A stretch of DNA of 64,000 nt from an uncultured virus (IMG/VR IMGVR_UViG_3300037313_001079) (taxonomy: Duplodnaviria > Heunggongvirae > Uroviricota > Caudoviricetes), in the IMG/VR virus record IMGVR_UViG_3300037313_001079, one strand, 5' to 3'. The notes under the pieces were generated by a model that was given only the letters and a program-made list of their open reading frames with translations, had not been told where the DNA came from and did no database searches. The position numbers were made by a program, and so were the translations under genes. Shown here one piece after another: positions 51,938-60,459 of the stretch (its first letter is position 1; each line of letters begins with the position of its first letter).

Positions 51938-53755
51938 TCAGGCGGCGTCGTGGGGCGCGTTGGCGGGGTGTGTGGGGCGGTCGGGGTGGCTGCCGGTTTC
52001 GGGGTCGCAGGCGAGGTGGGTGTCGTATCCGCGGTCGAGTCGGTAGCCGGTGAGGGGCTTGTCGCAGACGGTGCAAAGCGGGCCGTTGGTGTCGCCTGTC
52101 TCCCGGTCCCCCTCCGTACCTCCCCCCGCCTTAGAGGCGGGGCGGGGGGAGGGAGGTCGGGGAGGGACGTCCCCCGGGGCTCCCCCGGAAGTTGGGGGGA
52201 GGTTTGACCTGGGGTTTTCTTCGGTCTCCCTGGAGCTCCCCCCTTGATCGTGGGGGAGGTCGCTTTCAAGATCGCGGGGGAGGTCCGGGGGGAGGTCTTC
52301 GAGGGCGTCCCGCGCCTCGTCGAAGGAGTCCTTCCGCTTGCGGATCCGGACGGCCTCCTCGATCTTGTCCTTGCGCATCTGGATGCCGGACTCCGCGCAC
52401 CACTTGATGACCCTCGGGCTCCCCCAGCCGACGGGAACCTGCGCCTTGTGGAGCACCGAGACGAGCCACTCCGGGCTTCCCTTGACCTCCTCGGCCGGCC
52501 GCATGTCCAGGGACTCCAGGACCACGGACGTGACCGGGCGGCCGTCGGGCTTGTACTCGCCGTCGAGGGTGACAACCTTCAGCCCGAACTGGAGGTCGCC
52601 GCCCTGCTCGTCGTCTTTCTGCTTGCCGACCTTCACCGTGACGATCGTGTTGCGGGCGTTCTCGCCCTTCTTCGACACGTGGAGTTCGGACTGCAGGGCG
52701 CCCTTCGCGGAGGATGCGCCGCGGCCGTGGTCGCCGACGTGCCCGGTGTGGTGGATGACGAGGACGCAGGCGCCGGTCGCGCGGCGCAGCTCCTCGATCC
52801 GTTCGATGACGACGCCGACTTCGGTGTTGGAGTTCTCCTCGACGCCGACCGAGACGCGGGCCTGGGTGTCGATGATGAGCATCTGGGGTTGCAGGCGGCG
52901 CATCGCCTCGATCAGGGTGTCCCACTCGGGTCCCATCGCCTGTACGGGGCGGGGCAGGAAGAGGACGTTGTCCATCTTCACGCCGTAGTGCTGCTCCCAG
53001 GCGCGGACGCGTTTGCGGATGCCGCGGGCGCCTTCGGCGACGAGGTAGACGACGGTGCCCTGTCGGACGTACTGGCCGTGCCAGCGCATGCCGGTGCCGA
53101 CATGGCCGGCCAGGTCGATCGTGACGAAGCTCTTCATGTGCCCGGACGGGCCGATGATCCGCGCCAGTGAGTCCAAGTGGAGGAGGTCGCCGACGAGGGG
53201 TTCCAGCGTGGGCATGTTGTCGAGGCTGGAGGCGTCGAGGAGTTCGGCGAGGAGGGCGTCGGCGGGGTCGCCGGAGCGGCCGAGGCTGCGTTCCTTCTGC
53301 CGCTGCAGATAGTCGTCGATGAACGTGACCGCGCCGCCGGGTTCGGCGTCGGGTTCGGTGGCGCGCTGCACGATGCGCCGGCCGAGTTCGGCCTCGGCGC
53401 GGAGGTCGGCGCGGCGGCGGACTTCGTGGGCGTAGTACTCGGGGTCGCCGCCGTAGTCGCCGAGCTGGGCGATGTAGCCGATGCCGCCGGCGCGGCGGAG
53501 ATCCTGCCGTTTCTCCAGTTCGATGCGGAGGCTGATCGGGTTGACGGGCTGGCCCTCGTCGTGGAGGTAGCCGATGACGTCCCAGATCAGTTCGTGGGCG
53601 GGGAGTGCGAAGTCGGCGCGTGTGAGGATGCCGCGGATCGTGGGGATCTGTTTGGGCTGGTGCATGCAGCCGCCGATGACGTACCGCTCGGCGTCGTGTT
53701 GCTCCGAGCCGTGCGCGTCCGCCTGGTCGCGCGGCATGTGGCGGACGTTGTCCAC
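51938..53755 (-). CDS. Replicative helicase: DnaB-like N-terminal domain plus AAA (RepA-like) domain
   Basis: AERYVIGG...DFALPAHELI; GPSGHMKS Walker A, YLVAEG, LIIDT, IHHTG, RGASS. Confidence 0.85.
   Translation of the reverse strand: MDNVRHMPRDQADAHGSEQHDAERYVIGGCMHQPKQIPTIRGILTRADFALPAHELIWDVIGYLHDEGQPVNPISLRIELEKRQDLRRAGGIGYIAQLGDYGGDPEYYAHEVRRRADLRAEAELGRRIVQRATEPDAEPGGAVTFIDDYLQRQKERSLGRSGDPADALLAELLDASSLDNMPTLEPLVGDLLHLDSLARIIGPSGHMKSFVTIDLAGHVGTGMRWHGQYVRQGTVVYLVAEGARGIRKRVRAWEQHYGVKMDNVLFLPRPVQAMGPEWDTLIEAMRRLQPQMLIIDTQARVSVGVEENSNTEVGVVIERIEELRRATGACVLVIHHTGHVGDHGRGASSAKGALQSELHVSKKGENARNTIVTVKVGKQKDDEQGGDLQFGLKVVTLDGEYKPDGRPVTSVVLESLDMRPAEEVKGSPEWLVSVLHKAQVPVGWGSPRVIKWCAESGIQMRKDKIEEAVRIRKRKDSFDEARDALEDLPPDLPRDLESDLPHDQGGSSRETEENPRSNLPPTSGGAPGDVPPRPPSPRPASKAGGGTEGDRETGDTNGPLCTVCDKPLTGYRLDRGYDTHLACDPETGSHPDRPTHPANAPHDAA
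52118..52296. repeat. Iteron-like GGGGGAGGT repeats (candidate origin)
   Basis: Direct copies at 52195, 52252, 52276, 52288; inverted copy at 52118; further partial copies. Confidence 0.65.
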
Positions 53756-53766
53756 GGGCGATCTCC

Positions 53767-54072
53767 TCAGAAGAGCGTGGTCGGTTCAGCGGGCGGGCAC
53801 CGGTGGTCGGCGACGTGGTCGCCGTCGGGGCAGTCCGCGGGGTGCCAGGGGGTGAGCCAGACGAGGCGTTGCTGGCCGAGGCTGTTGGTGCGTAGGCACC
53901 AGATCAGCCGGTTGGGTTCGGCGAGTTCGGTCTGCTGGCTCGGGGTGAGCGGGATGAGGTCGGCGGTCACGTCGAGTGCGGCGCTGTTGCCGACGAGTTG
54001 CTTGATGACGGGTGCCTGGCACGCGGGGCAGCGGCGTGTGCTGTCCTTGCTGCCCCGCGTCCAGGCGGCCAT
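53767..54072 (-). CDS. Hypothetical zinc-binding protein
   Basis: CPAC ... HxC; coupled. Confidence 0.6.
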   Translation of the reverse strand: MAAWTRGSKDSTRRCPACQAPVIKQLVGNSAALDVTADLIPLTPSQQTELAEPNRLIWCLRTNSLGQQRLVWLTPWHPADCPDGDHVADHRCPPAEPTTLF

Positions 54073-54899
54073 CAGGCCGAGGTCCCGTTCATGACCGCGG
54101 TGTCGATCTGCTCGCCGATCGCCTTCACCACGTCCGTGAACGCGGTCTTGCGGACGTCGTCGGGCCGGTCGAGCTTGTAGCCGAGGCGCAGCCCGCGGTC
54201 GCTGATTCGGTACCGGAGGCGGGCGGTGAGCTTGTAGCCCTCGCTGCCCTCGAACGGCACCAGCCCGATCACGAACGTCTCGGGGACGGTGAGTTGTCCC
54301 TTCTGGCCGGCCTTCGTGGTGGTGGTCTCGACGTACTGGAACTGCCGCTGCCCGGAGGAGAGTCGGCTGGCGGACTGGAAGTCGACCTTGCTGGCGGCTT
54401 GGAACGACTGGGCGATCTCCAGCATGTCCGCGGCGGCCGGTTCCAGGAGTTCGGGGAGGTGGTCCTCCAGGAACTCGGCGAAGGCCTCTTGGTCCATCAG
54501 CTGGCCGTCCTGGTTGGTCCACTGCTGCCACGTGGTGGTCGGGCGCAGCGCGAGGTGGAGCCGGTGGTCGCCCCAGCGGGCGGCATCGGCGGTGTTGGCG
54601 TTCAGGACGGCGGTGACGGTGAGGCGCTCGCTGTCGGCGTACACCTCGCTGTCGGTGTCGTGGTGCTTGGTCCAGTAGGCGAGGAAGCTCTCGGCGTCGC
54701 GGACGGTGGTGGTGCCGCGCTTGCGGGACGGCTGGTCCTTGTACTCCTCGCCGGTGAGGTCGACCTGCTGGACGCCGGCCGGGGTACGGAAGGCGTAGAC
54801 CTTGCCGATCTCCAGCTGTGCGGGCTCGGCCGCGAGGAGCGCGGTGTCGACGATGACCTGCGCTTCGCCCGGGGTGGCGTTGAGGCTGCTGTAGCTCAC
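54072..54899 (-). CDS. DUF2303-family protein
   Basis: MDQEAFAEFLED, PFEG, ARLRYRI. Confidence 0.8.
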   Translation of the reverse strand: MSYSSLNATPGEAQVIVDTALLAAEPAQLEIGKVYAFRTPAGVQQVDLTGEEYKDQPSRKRGTTTVRDAESFLAYWTKHHDTDSEVYADSERLTVTAVLNANTADAARWGDHRLHLALRPTTTWQQWTNQDGQLMDQEAFAEFLEDHLPELLEPAAADMLEIAQSFQAASKVDFQSASRLSSGQRQFQYVETTTTKAGQKGQLTVPETFVIGLVPFEGSEGYKLTARLRYRISDRGLRLGYKLDRPDDVRKTAFTDVVKAIGEQIDTAVMNGTSA

Positions 54900-54902
54900 G
54901 GA

Positions 54903-55301
54903 TCAGGCTTCCTTGTAGTCGGTGGTGGTGGTGTCGGCCATGCGGAACTCGGTGGTGCCGTCGGCGTTGCGGTACACGCCGGGGGTCATCTGGCGGGGGT
55001 CCTCGCGGACGGGCTGGCCGTCGTCGTTGAGGAAGTAGAGGCTCTTGACCGGGGTCGGCTTGGGCGCCTTGACGGCGGACTCGACGCCGATCGGGAGCGG
55101 AGCGGACTCGACGCCGTTGGCGGGCGGCTCGACGACGATGGTGATCGTCATCTGGCCCTTCTTGCCGTGGGCGCGGACGGCGTCGAGGAGGGTGTGGAAC
55201 TCGGCGGACAGCTCCTCTTCGGTGCGGCCGTTGAGGTGGCTGGCGAGGAATGCGGCGACGGGGGCCTGCATGATTTCGCCGGTGTCGGGCTGGACGGTCA
55301 T
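54903..55301 (-). CDS. Conserved partner of DUF2303 protein
   Basis: AVRAHGKKGQMTITI...DDGQPVREDPRQ. Confidence 0.72.
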   Translation of the reverse strand: MTVQPDTGEIMQAPVAAFLASHLNGRTEEELSAEFHTLLDAVRAHGKKGQMTITIVVEPPANGVESAPLPIGVESAVKAPKPTPVKSLYFLNDDGQPVREDPRQMTPGVYRNADGTTEFRMADTTTTDYKEA

Positions 55302-55425
55302 GGGTGTGGCTGGCCTTTCCTCTGAAGGGGGTGGTGATGGTGTGACCCGCGTCAGGGCATGCCTGGGTATCTGCAGGTCAGGGCGTGGCTCGCGGTGGAC
55401 TCTGCTGGGGTTGATTCTACCCGAG

Positions 55426-55439
55426 GGTGACCGGTCACC
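55426..55439. promoter_or_regulatory. Palindromic operator GGTGACCGGTCACC
   Basis: Perfect 14-bp palindrome next to minus-strand TAGAAT (55414-55419); half-site GGTGACC at 55474. Confidence 0.65.
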
Positions 55440-55510
55440 GGATAGTCAATTGCTAGCCGATGTGAAAGAGGGTGGTGACCAGCCAGTGCACGGTCAGCTA
55501 CCCTGTCGAT

Positions 55511-55696
55511 ATGACGACGAAGGGACAGCCCGGTCGTGTGATCCGTATCGACGACGAGACCTGGGCCGACTACGAGAAGGCGTGTGCCGAGAAGGGCGTG
55601 GCACGCGCCACGGACATCCGCATGTACGTCGTGCGTGAGGTCGCTGCCTGGCGTCGTCGCCAACGCACCGAGGCCGGCCAACCGCCGAAGTCCTGA
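55511..55696 (+). CDS. Ribbon-helix-helix regulator (probably leaderless)
   Basis: GRVIRIDDETWADY...RATDIRMYV; TACCCT six nt before ATG. Confidence 0.72.
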   Translation: MTTKGQPGRVIRIDDETWADYEKACAEKGVARATDIRMYVVREVAAWRRRQRTEAGQPPKS

Positions 55697-55724
55697 CATC
55701 GGTCTCTCCTCCCTTCTTCTCTGG

Positions 55725-55748
55725 GCCCCGCACCAGCTGGTGCGGGGC
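55725..55748. terminator. Perfect inverted repeat between convergent genes
   Basis: GCCCCGCACCAG-CTGGTGCGGGGC. Confidence 0.65.
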
Positions 55749-55764
55749 TTCGTTGTGCGCTCGA

Positions 55765-56205
55765 TCAGAGGTGGGCGTCGATGGCCTGGCCGACGCCCTG
55801 GACGAGGGCGGTGCGCATCTCGTCGGGCATGCCGGGCTCGAACGCGAAGTGGATCCGGGCGATCGGCTTGTCGGTGGCGCCGATCGTGATGACGTGGTCT
55901 GCGCTGGGTTCCAGGTCGTCGGCGCCGAGGTTGATGGCCCAGTCGGAGACGTCGGCGGCCTTGCCGAGGAGGTCGTCGATGGCGCGCTGGGCCTTGCCGA
56001 ATTCCTCCGGGGGCAGGTCGTCCCACTTGCGGCCGGTGATGGGCTGGGTGCCCTGCTCGGGGTCGGGATCGACGAGGGTGGAGTTGATGAACCGGCCGTC
56101 CATCTGCTCGCCGATTCCCATGAAGTCCGGGTCGATGGTGGCGACGTAGTGCTGCCGTGCGGCCTCGGTGCGGAGGTCGTCGTCGGTGTACAGGCGGTCG
56201 CTCAC
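55765..56205 (-). CDS. Hypothetical phage protein
   Basis: MSDRLYTDDDLRTEAARQH; AAGGAG RBS. Confidence 0.65.
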   Translation of the reverse strand: MSDRLYTDDDLRTEAARQHYVATIDPDFMGIGEQMDGRFINSTLVDPDPEQGTQPITGRKWDDLPPEEFGKAQRAIDDLLGKAADVSDWAINLGADDLEPSADHVITIGATDKPIARIHFAFEPGMPDEMRTALVQGVGQAIDAHL

Positions 56206-56444
56206 GCGGCTGCTCCTTGCTGATTGGCGTGACAGGTGTGGGTGGTGCGGATGGTGGCGACGAACCGCTTCACCTCGGCCGCCCCGGACACCGGGCCCTC
56301 CACCGCGTGGCAGCGCAGGCACTCGTAGCGGGCCCGCGGTGCACGTCGGTAGGTGATCTGTCCGGCCCGGTCGCCGTTCTTGTTCTCGAAGCCGTCGCCG
56401 CAGTCGATGAACAGGCCGCCGGTGACGGTGCGCTGGCCGGTCAT
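56202..56444 (-). CDS. Small zinc-binding protein
   Basis: YECLRC...HTC; coupled. Confidence 0.6.
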   Translation of the reverse strand: MTGQRTVTGGLFIDCGDGFENKNGDRAGQITYRRAPRARYECLRCHAVEGPVSGAAEVKRFVATIRTTHTCHANQQGAAA

Positions 56445-56704
56445 GCCGCCGCCCCGGTGGTGTGGCGGCGGCGTTTCCGCCTGAGCTCGGTCTGGGTCAT
56501 GCCGCCCCACACACCCCAGGACTGGCCGGTGTCGATGGCGTACTGGCCACACTCGGGGCGGACGGGGCAGTGGGCGCAGACGCGGCGGGCGTATTCGGTG
56601 TCGGCGCGGGAGCCGCGGCCTTCGGCGAAGAAGGTGTCGGGGTCGGCTCCGCGGCAGGCGGCCTTGGTGCGCCAGTCGGCGACGAGGTCGGTGAGCTGGG
56701 TCAT
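56441..56704 (-). CDS. whiB: WhiB-family Fe-S transcription factor
   Basis: W...AAC...DPDTFF...C..CPV...C...GVWGG. Confidence 0.93.
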   Translation of the reverse strand: MTQLTDLVADWRTKAACRGADPDTFFAEGRGSRADTEYARRVCAHCPVRPECGQYAIDTGQSWGVWGGMTQTELRRKRRRHTTGAAA

Positions 56705-57273
56705 GACGCCACCGCCTCACGGGCGGCCTTGTCCCGGGCCCGCTTGCAGGCGTTGCAGTAGGCCCGGCCGTCCGCCGCGATCCGCCCGTGCTCGGCCTGC
56801 TTATGGCCGTTCCCGCAGGACTCCGGCAACGCTCGCCCGCCCCGCAGGTAGCGCAACTGCTCCCGGTTGCGGCGCCGGCCCGGCGCGTCCTCGACGTGGG
56901 CAGGTGCGACGCAGCGCTTCATCCCGCAGTCGGTGAAGACCTGGCCCTCGGGTGTGCGGCCGGTACGGATCCGGAACGCGATGGCCGCGGCGGTGTAGTG
57001 GCGTTCTTTGTAGGAGAGGAGCGGTGTCCCGCGGGTGGTGCTGTGTTCGCCGGTCCATTCCATGTGGCCGCCGTCAACCGGGCGCGCGTACTGGTGCCAC
57101 TTGTCTTCGATCGTGAGTTCCGGGCGAGCGTAGGTGGCGAGGCCGATCTCGTCGCGGATGGTGCGGATGCGGGCCCGGTCGGCGCGCAGTTCCTTGTTGA
57201 TGCGGTAGATGCTGTGGCCGGCTTGGAGGGCGGCGATGATCTGTTCGCGGGTTGCGTTGGCGTGGAAGCTCAT
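56701..57273 (-). CDS. HTH plus degenerate HNH-like domain protein
   Basis: HMEWTG, CGMKRCVAPAHV, CGNGH, CNAC; canonical catalytic His/Asn not evident. Confidence 0.6.
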   Translation of the reverse strand: MSFHANATREQIIAALQAGHSIYRINKELRADRARIRTIRDEIGLATYARPELTIEDKWHQYARPVDGGHMEWTGEHSTTRGTPLLSYKERHYTAAAIAFRIRTGRTPEGQVFTDCGMKRCVAPAHVEDAPGRRRNREQLRYLRGGRALPESCGNGHKQAEHGRIAADGRAYCNACKRARDKAAREAVAS

Positions 57274-57860
57274 CGGGCGGTCACCTGCTCGCGATCTGGC
57301 CACTGGCAGCCGGCCAGCGCCTTCCTGTTTCGCTCCGGGACCTCGGCGAGCGGCTGGCCCAGCCAGTCCGACGCGGCGACCAGGGCGCCGTAGGCGTCGG
57401 CCATGTCGTACCGTCCGGCGCCTTCGGTGTGGACGTCGTACCGGTCGGCGATCGCGGAGCGGACTTCGCCCTTGGTGGCGTTGCCGCGGCCTGCCGTGTA
57501 CTGCTTCAGGTTCGACGGCGGGACGACGGCGTAGGGCAGTTGGTGGCGGTGGCAGTAGCGGCGGACCAGGACGCGGAGTCCGGCGAGGTCTTCGTGGAAC
57601 CGCGGACCGGTATGGCCGAACGACGGGCCTTCCATGACGACGAGGTCGGCGGCCCGGATGAAGGAGACGATGGCGGTCTCCAGGTAGGCGAGGCGTTCGT
57701 CGCCGCGGAGCTTGGTGCGGATCCGGTCGGTCCAGCCGATGCCGGCCACGCCGGTGCAGGTGAGGCTGAGATCCAGGCCCACTACGACGAGAGGGGGCCG
57801 GGGCCCGGCCGCCGGGGTGGCGGCCGGTGCCTCGGTGGTCAGGTCGAACAGGGTGGTCAC
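57270..57860 (-). CDS. RuvC-like Holliday junction resolvase
   Basis: VGLDLSLTCTG, VVMEG, LKQYTAGRGNATK, DMADA. Confidence 0.88.
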   Translation of the reverse strand: MTTLFDLTTEAPAATPAAGPRPPLVVVGLDLSLTCTGVAGIGWTDRIRTKLRGDERLAYLETAIVSFIRAADLVVMEGPSFGHTGPRFHEDLAGLRVLVRRYCHRHQLPYAVVPPSNLKQYTAGRGNATKGEVRSAIADRYDVHTEGAGRYDMADAYGALVAASDWLGQPLAEVPERNRKALAGCQWPDREQVTAR

Positions 57861-58165
57861 TGTTCCCCCTTCTGCTGCTCGTCGCGGATGGCCTGCCGCA
57901 GCGCGTCCCAGCCCGGTGCGAACACCGGGGCCAGCTGCGGGTCGAGGGCCGCGTAGTCGTCGAGGTGCGTGTTGATGCCCTGCGGGAGCCGCGGGTCGTT
58001 CGACGCGATGGAGCCGGGACGCTCGCAGGACTCGCGGATGATCCGGGCCCGGGCGGCGGCCACGCGTTCCCGCTCGGACGGTCGGCGCTTCCGGCTGACG
58101 CGCCAGATCGCTGTGACGAGGGCGAAGATGACGGCCGCGTATCCGGCGGTCATGGCGGTGTTCAT
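57857..58165 (-). CDS. Small membrane-anchored protein
   Basis: N-terminal TM; coupled. Confidence 0.55.
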   Translation of the reverse strand: MNTAMTAGYAAVIFALVTAIWRVSRKRRPSERERVAAARARIIRESCERPGSIASNDPRLPQGINTHLDDYAALDPQLAPVFAPGWDALRQAIRDEQQKGEQ

Positions 58166-58449
58166 GCGGTGGCTCCCTTCCGGGCGGCCTTCTGCCGTTC
58201 CAGGCGCATCGAGTTCGCTTTCCGGCAGCGCTTGCAGCGGCAGCCCTTCCGGTAGCCGGGCAGCCCGTGGTCCTGCGGGCGGAGGGTGGCCGGGTGTCCG
58301 GCCGGGAGCAGGCCGAGCTTGGCGAGGAGATCGGTGCAGTCCTCCACACCGGTGGCCTTGGATGCGACGTACTTGCGGGCCTTCTCGCACTCCTCGCGGG
58401 TGGCGGAGCCGAGGTGGGTCCAGGTGTGGCCACTCAGTTCGGCTGCCAT
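58162..58449 (-). CDS. Hypothetical zinc-finger protein
   Basis: HGLPGYRKGCRCKRC. Confidence 0.62.
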   Translation of the reverse strand: MAAELSGHTWTHLGSATREECEKARKYVASKATGVEDCTDLLAKLGLLPAGHPATLRPQDHGLPGYRKGCRCKRCRKANSMRLERQKAARKGATA

Positions 58450-58670
58450 CACGCCACCCCCGGCATCGGCTGGAGGTGGCCTTCGGCGCAGCGCAGGGCG
58501 TCACCGTGGCGGGTGGCCGCGGACTCGACGCCGCCGCAGTTGTCGCAGCGCACGAACTTGGTGGTGACGAGCGCGCCGTGTGGGCGGGCCCGGTGCTGCC
58601 CGGTCGGGGCGATGATCTGTGCGGCAATTCGCAGCGGCGCCGGCCACGTCCTGATCTGTTGGCGGTTCAC
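58449..58670 (-). CDS. Small zinc-binding protein
   Basis: CDNC...C..GH; GGGAG RBS. Confidence 0.55.
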   Translation of the reverse strand: MNRQQIRTWPAPLRIAAQIIAPTGQHRARPHGALVTTKFVRCDNCGGVESAATRHGDALRCAEGHLQPMPGVA

Positions 58671-58930
58671 GGGCGGGCTCCCTTCTTCTCGGCGTCCGCC
58701 AGGTGCAGCCGCATGTCCACGCCGGCCGCGGCCAACTGGTCGCGCAGTGCGGTGTCGGCGTTGGCGACGATGTGGTGGGCGATGACGTCTTTGGCCTGGT
58801 CGAGTTCGAGGGCGATGTAGTCGAAGGCGCGGCCGACGATGGCGGCGTCCTCGCGGGCGGTGTCGCGTTCGGCGAGTAGGCGTTCGTTGCGGGTGCGGAG
58901 GTCGTTGTACTTGGCGCGGGAGACGGGCAT
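58667..58930 (-). CDS. Hypothetical coiled-coil protein
   Basis: 87 aa, coupled. Confidence 0.6.
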   Translation of the reverse strand: MPVSRAKYNDLRTRNERLLAERDTAREDAAIVGRAFDYIALELDQAKDVIAHHIVANADTALRDQLAAAGVDMRLHLADAEKKGARP

Positions 58931-59679
58931 TACGCCTCACCCCCGCGTTGCTGCGGGATGAGCGGCCAGGAGCCGTCGATCACCTTGTTCGGGTCGCCGC
59001 CCTGCTCCGGGGTGGCCTTCGTCCGGAACCACTGCTGCAGGCCGGCCTGCTGCTCCGCCCGCCACTTCTGCTGGGCACTGAACAGCTCGTGCGGCTGGTA
59101 GCCGTTGAGGAACGGGTGCCGCTCGAACTGGGCCTCGGCGATCAGGAGCGCGGCGAGCGCGTCAGCCTCCGCGGTGTGCCAGTCGGTCAGTGCGACGCCG
59201 TACCGGTCAGCGGTGGGCTTCAGCTTGCGCTGGCCGGACCCACGGACGCGCTGGTTGGCCTGCCTGTCGATGACGTGCGGGTCGAGCAGCGGCAGCGGGC
59301 CAGCACCGACGCGGTCGGCCATCGTGGGCAGCCCGTTGCGGAGCAGGTCGTAGTGGAGGATCGACCAGTCGAAGGACTGGTTGAACGCGATCACCGGCAT
59401 GCGGCAGTCGATGGCGTAGGCCAGACAGTTCGCGATCTCATCGAGGGCGACCTTCGGGTCCAAGCCGTTGGCCTCGACCATCTCGTTGGTGATGCCGTGG
59501 ACGGCGGTGGCCTCGGCCGGGATCGGGATGCCAGGGTTGATCAGCCAGGAGAGGTTGCGCTCGTCCTGGCCGCCGCCGCGGACGATGAACGCGGCGGTGA
59601 CGATGCGGTCTTCGAGCGGGTTCGGGCCCGTTGTTTCGGTGTCCCACGCCGCCTTGCGGACGTCAGCGAAGGCGCTCAC
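58930..59679 (-). CDS. DEDDh 3'-5' exonuclease (DnaQ-like)
   Basis: WDTETTG, AVHGIT, AFN.SFD, HTAEADA. Confidence 0.9.
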   Translation of the reverse strand: MSAFADVRKAAWDTETTGPNPLEDRIVTAAFIVRGGGQDERNLSWLINPGIPIPAEATAVHGITNEMVEANGLDPKVALDEIANCLAYAIDCRMPVIAFNQSFDWSILHYDLLRNGLPTMADRVGAGPLPLLDPHVIDRQANQRVRGSGQRKLKPTADRYGVALTDWHTAEADALAALLIAEAQFERHPFLNGYQPHELFSAQQKWRAEQQAGLQQWFRTKATPEQGGDPNKVIDGSWPLIPQQRGGEA

Positions 59680-60458
59680 TGGCCACCGCCCTGAGCCGCG
59701 AACCGCTCCTGTCCGATGCGGTACAGGAAGGCGCCGAGGGCCTCCTCATCACCGGTCTCGTTGGTGACCTTCGCCTCGTAGAGACCGACCTGCTTGATCT
59801 CGTAGTTGATCTGCGCCATGCGCTGCCGCGAGGTGCCGCGATCGAGGATCTCGTCCCGGTAGGAGGCGGCTGACCGAACCGGGGACTCCCCGCGTTCGTG
59901 CCGGTCAGCGTCCGGGTCCTTGTCGTGCGTCGGCGTCAGGCCGAACGACAGGAGCAGCGTGCGCAGGGCGACGGACTGGGCCTTGGTCGTGGACTTGTCT
60001 GCGGTGTCGAGGGCCTCGCCCATGGTCTGCAGGGTGAGCGTGTCACCCATCGGCCCCATGATCGTCCAGGTGACGAGGACGGAGCACTCCCGCATCTTGC
60101 CGCCCTTGGCGGTGCTCTTCTCGCCGTAGCTGGCCTCGACCTTCGACGACATGACGTTGACGCCGTGCTTAAGCGTGACCGGGCCGAAGACGTTGACGAC
60201 GGTGTCGACGCCTCGGAAGTTGAACTTCGCGCTGCCCGGGGCGTTGTACAACTCGCCCTTGGCGATCGCGCGGATCTCGCGGCGCACGCGAAGCCACGCG
60301 ATACCAACCGGCACCATCTCCGGGTCGTCGTCGCCGGGCTCGTAACCGGCCATCGGGTCCGGGGCCGGGGTGTACTCCTCACCCTCCGGGCCGGCGTCCA
60401 GCTCGTCCGGCGTCAGGGTGCGGCCAGCGGCCGCGGCTGCGTTCTCGCGCAGACCCAT
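59676..60458 (-). CDS. ERF-family single-strand annealing protein
   Basis: FNFRGVD, GEALDTADKSTTKAQSVA, DPDAD; next to YqaJ. Confidence 0.82.
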   Translation of the reverse strand: MGLRENAAAAAGRTLTPDELDAGPEGEEYTPAPDPMAGYEPGDDDPEMVPVGIAWLRVRREIRAIAKGELYNAPGSAKFNFRGVDTVVNVFGPVTLKHGVNVMSSKVEASYGEKSTAKGGKMRECSVLVTWTIMGPMGDTLTLQTMGEALDTADKSTTKAQSVALRTLLLSFGLTPTHDKDPDADRHERGESPVRSAASYRDEILDRGTSRQRMAQINYEIKQVGLYEAKVTNETGDEEALGAFLYRIGQERFAAQGGGQ

Positions 60459-60459
60459 G

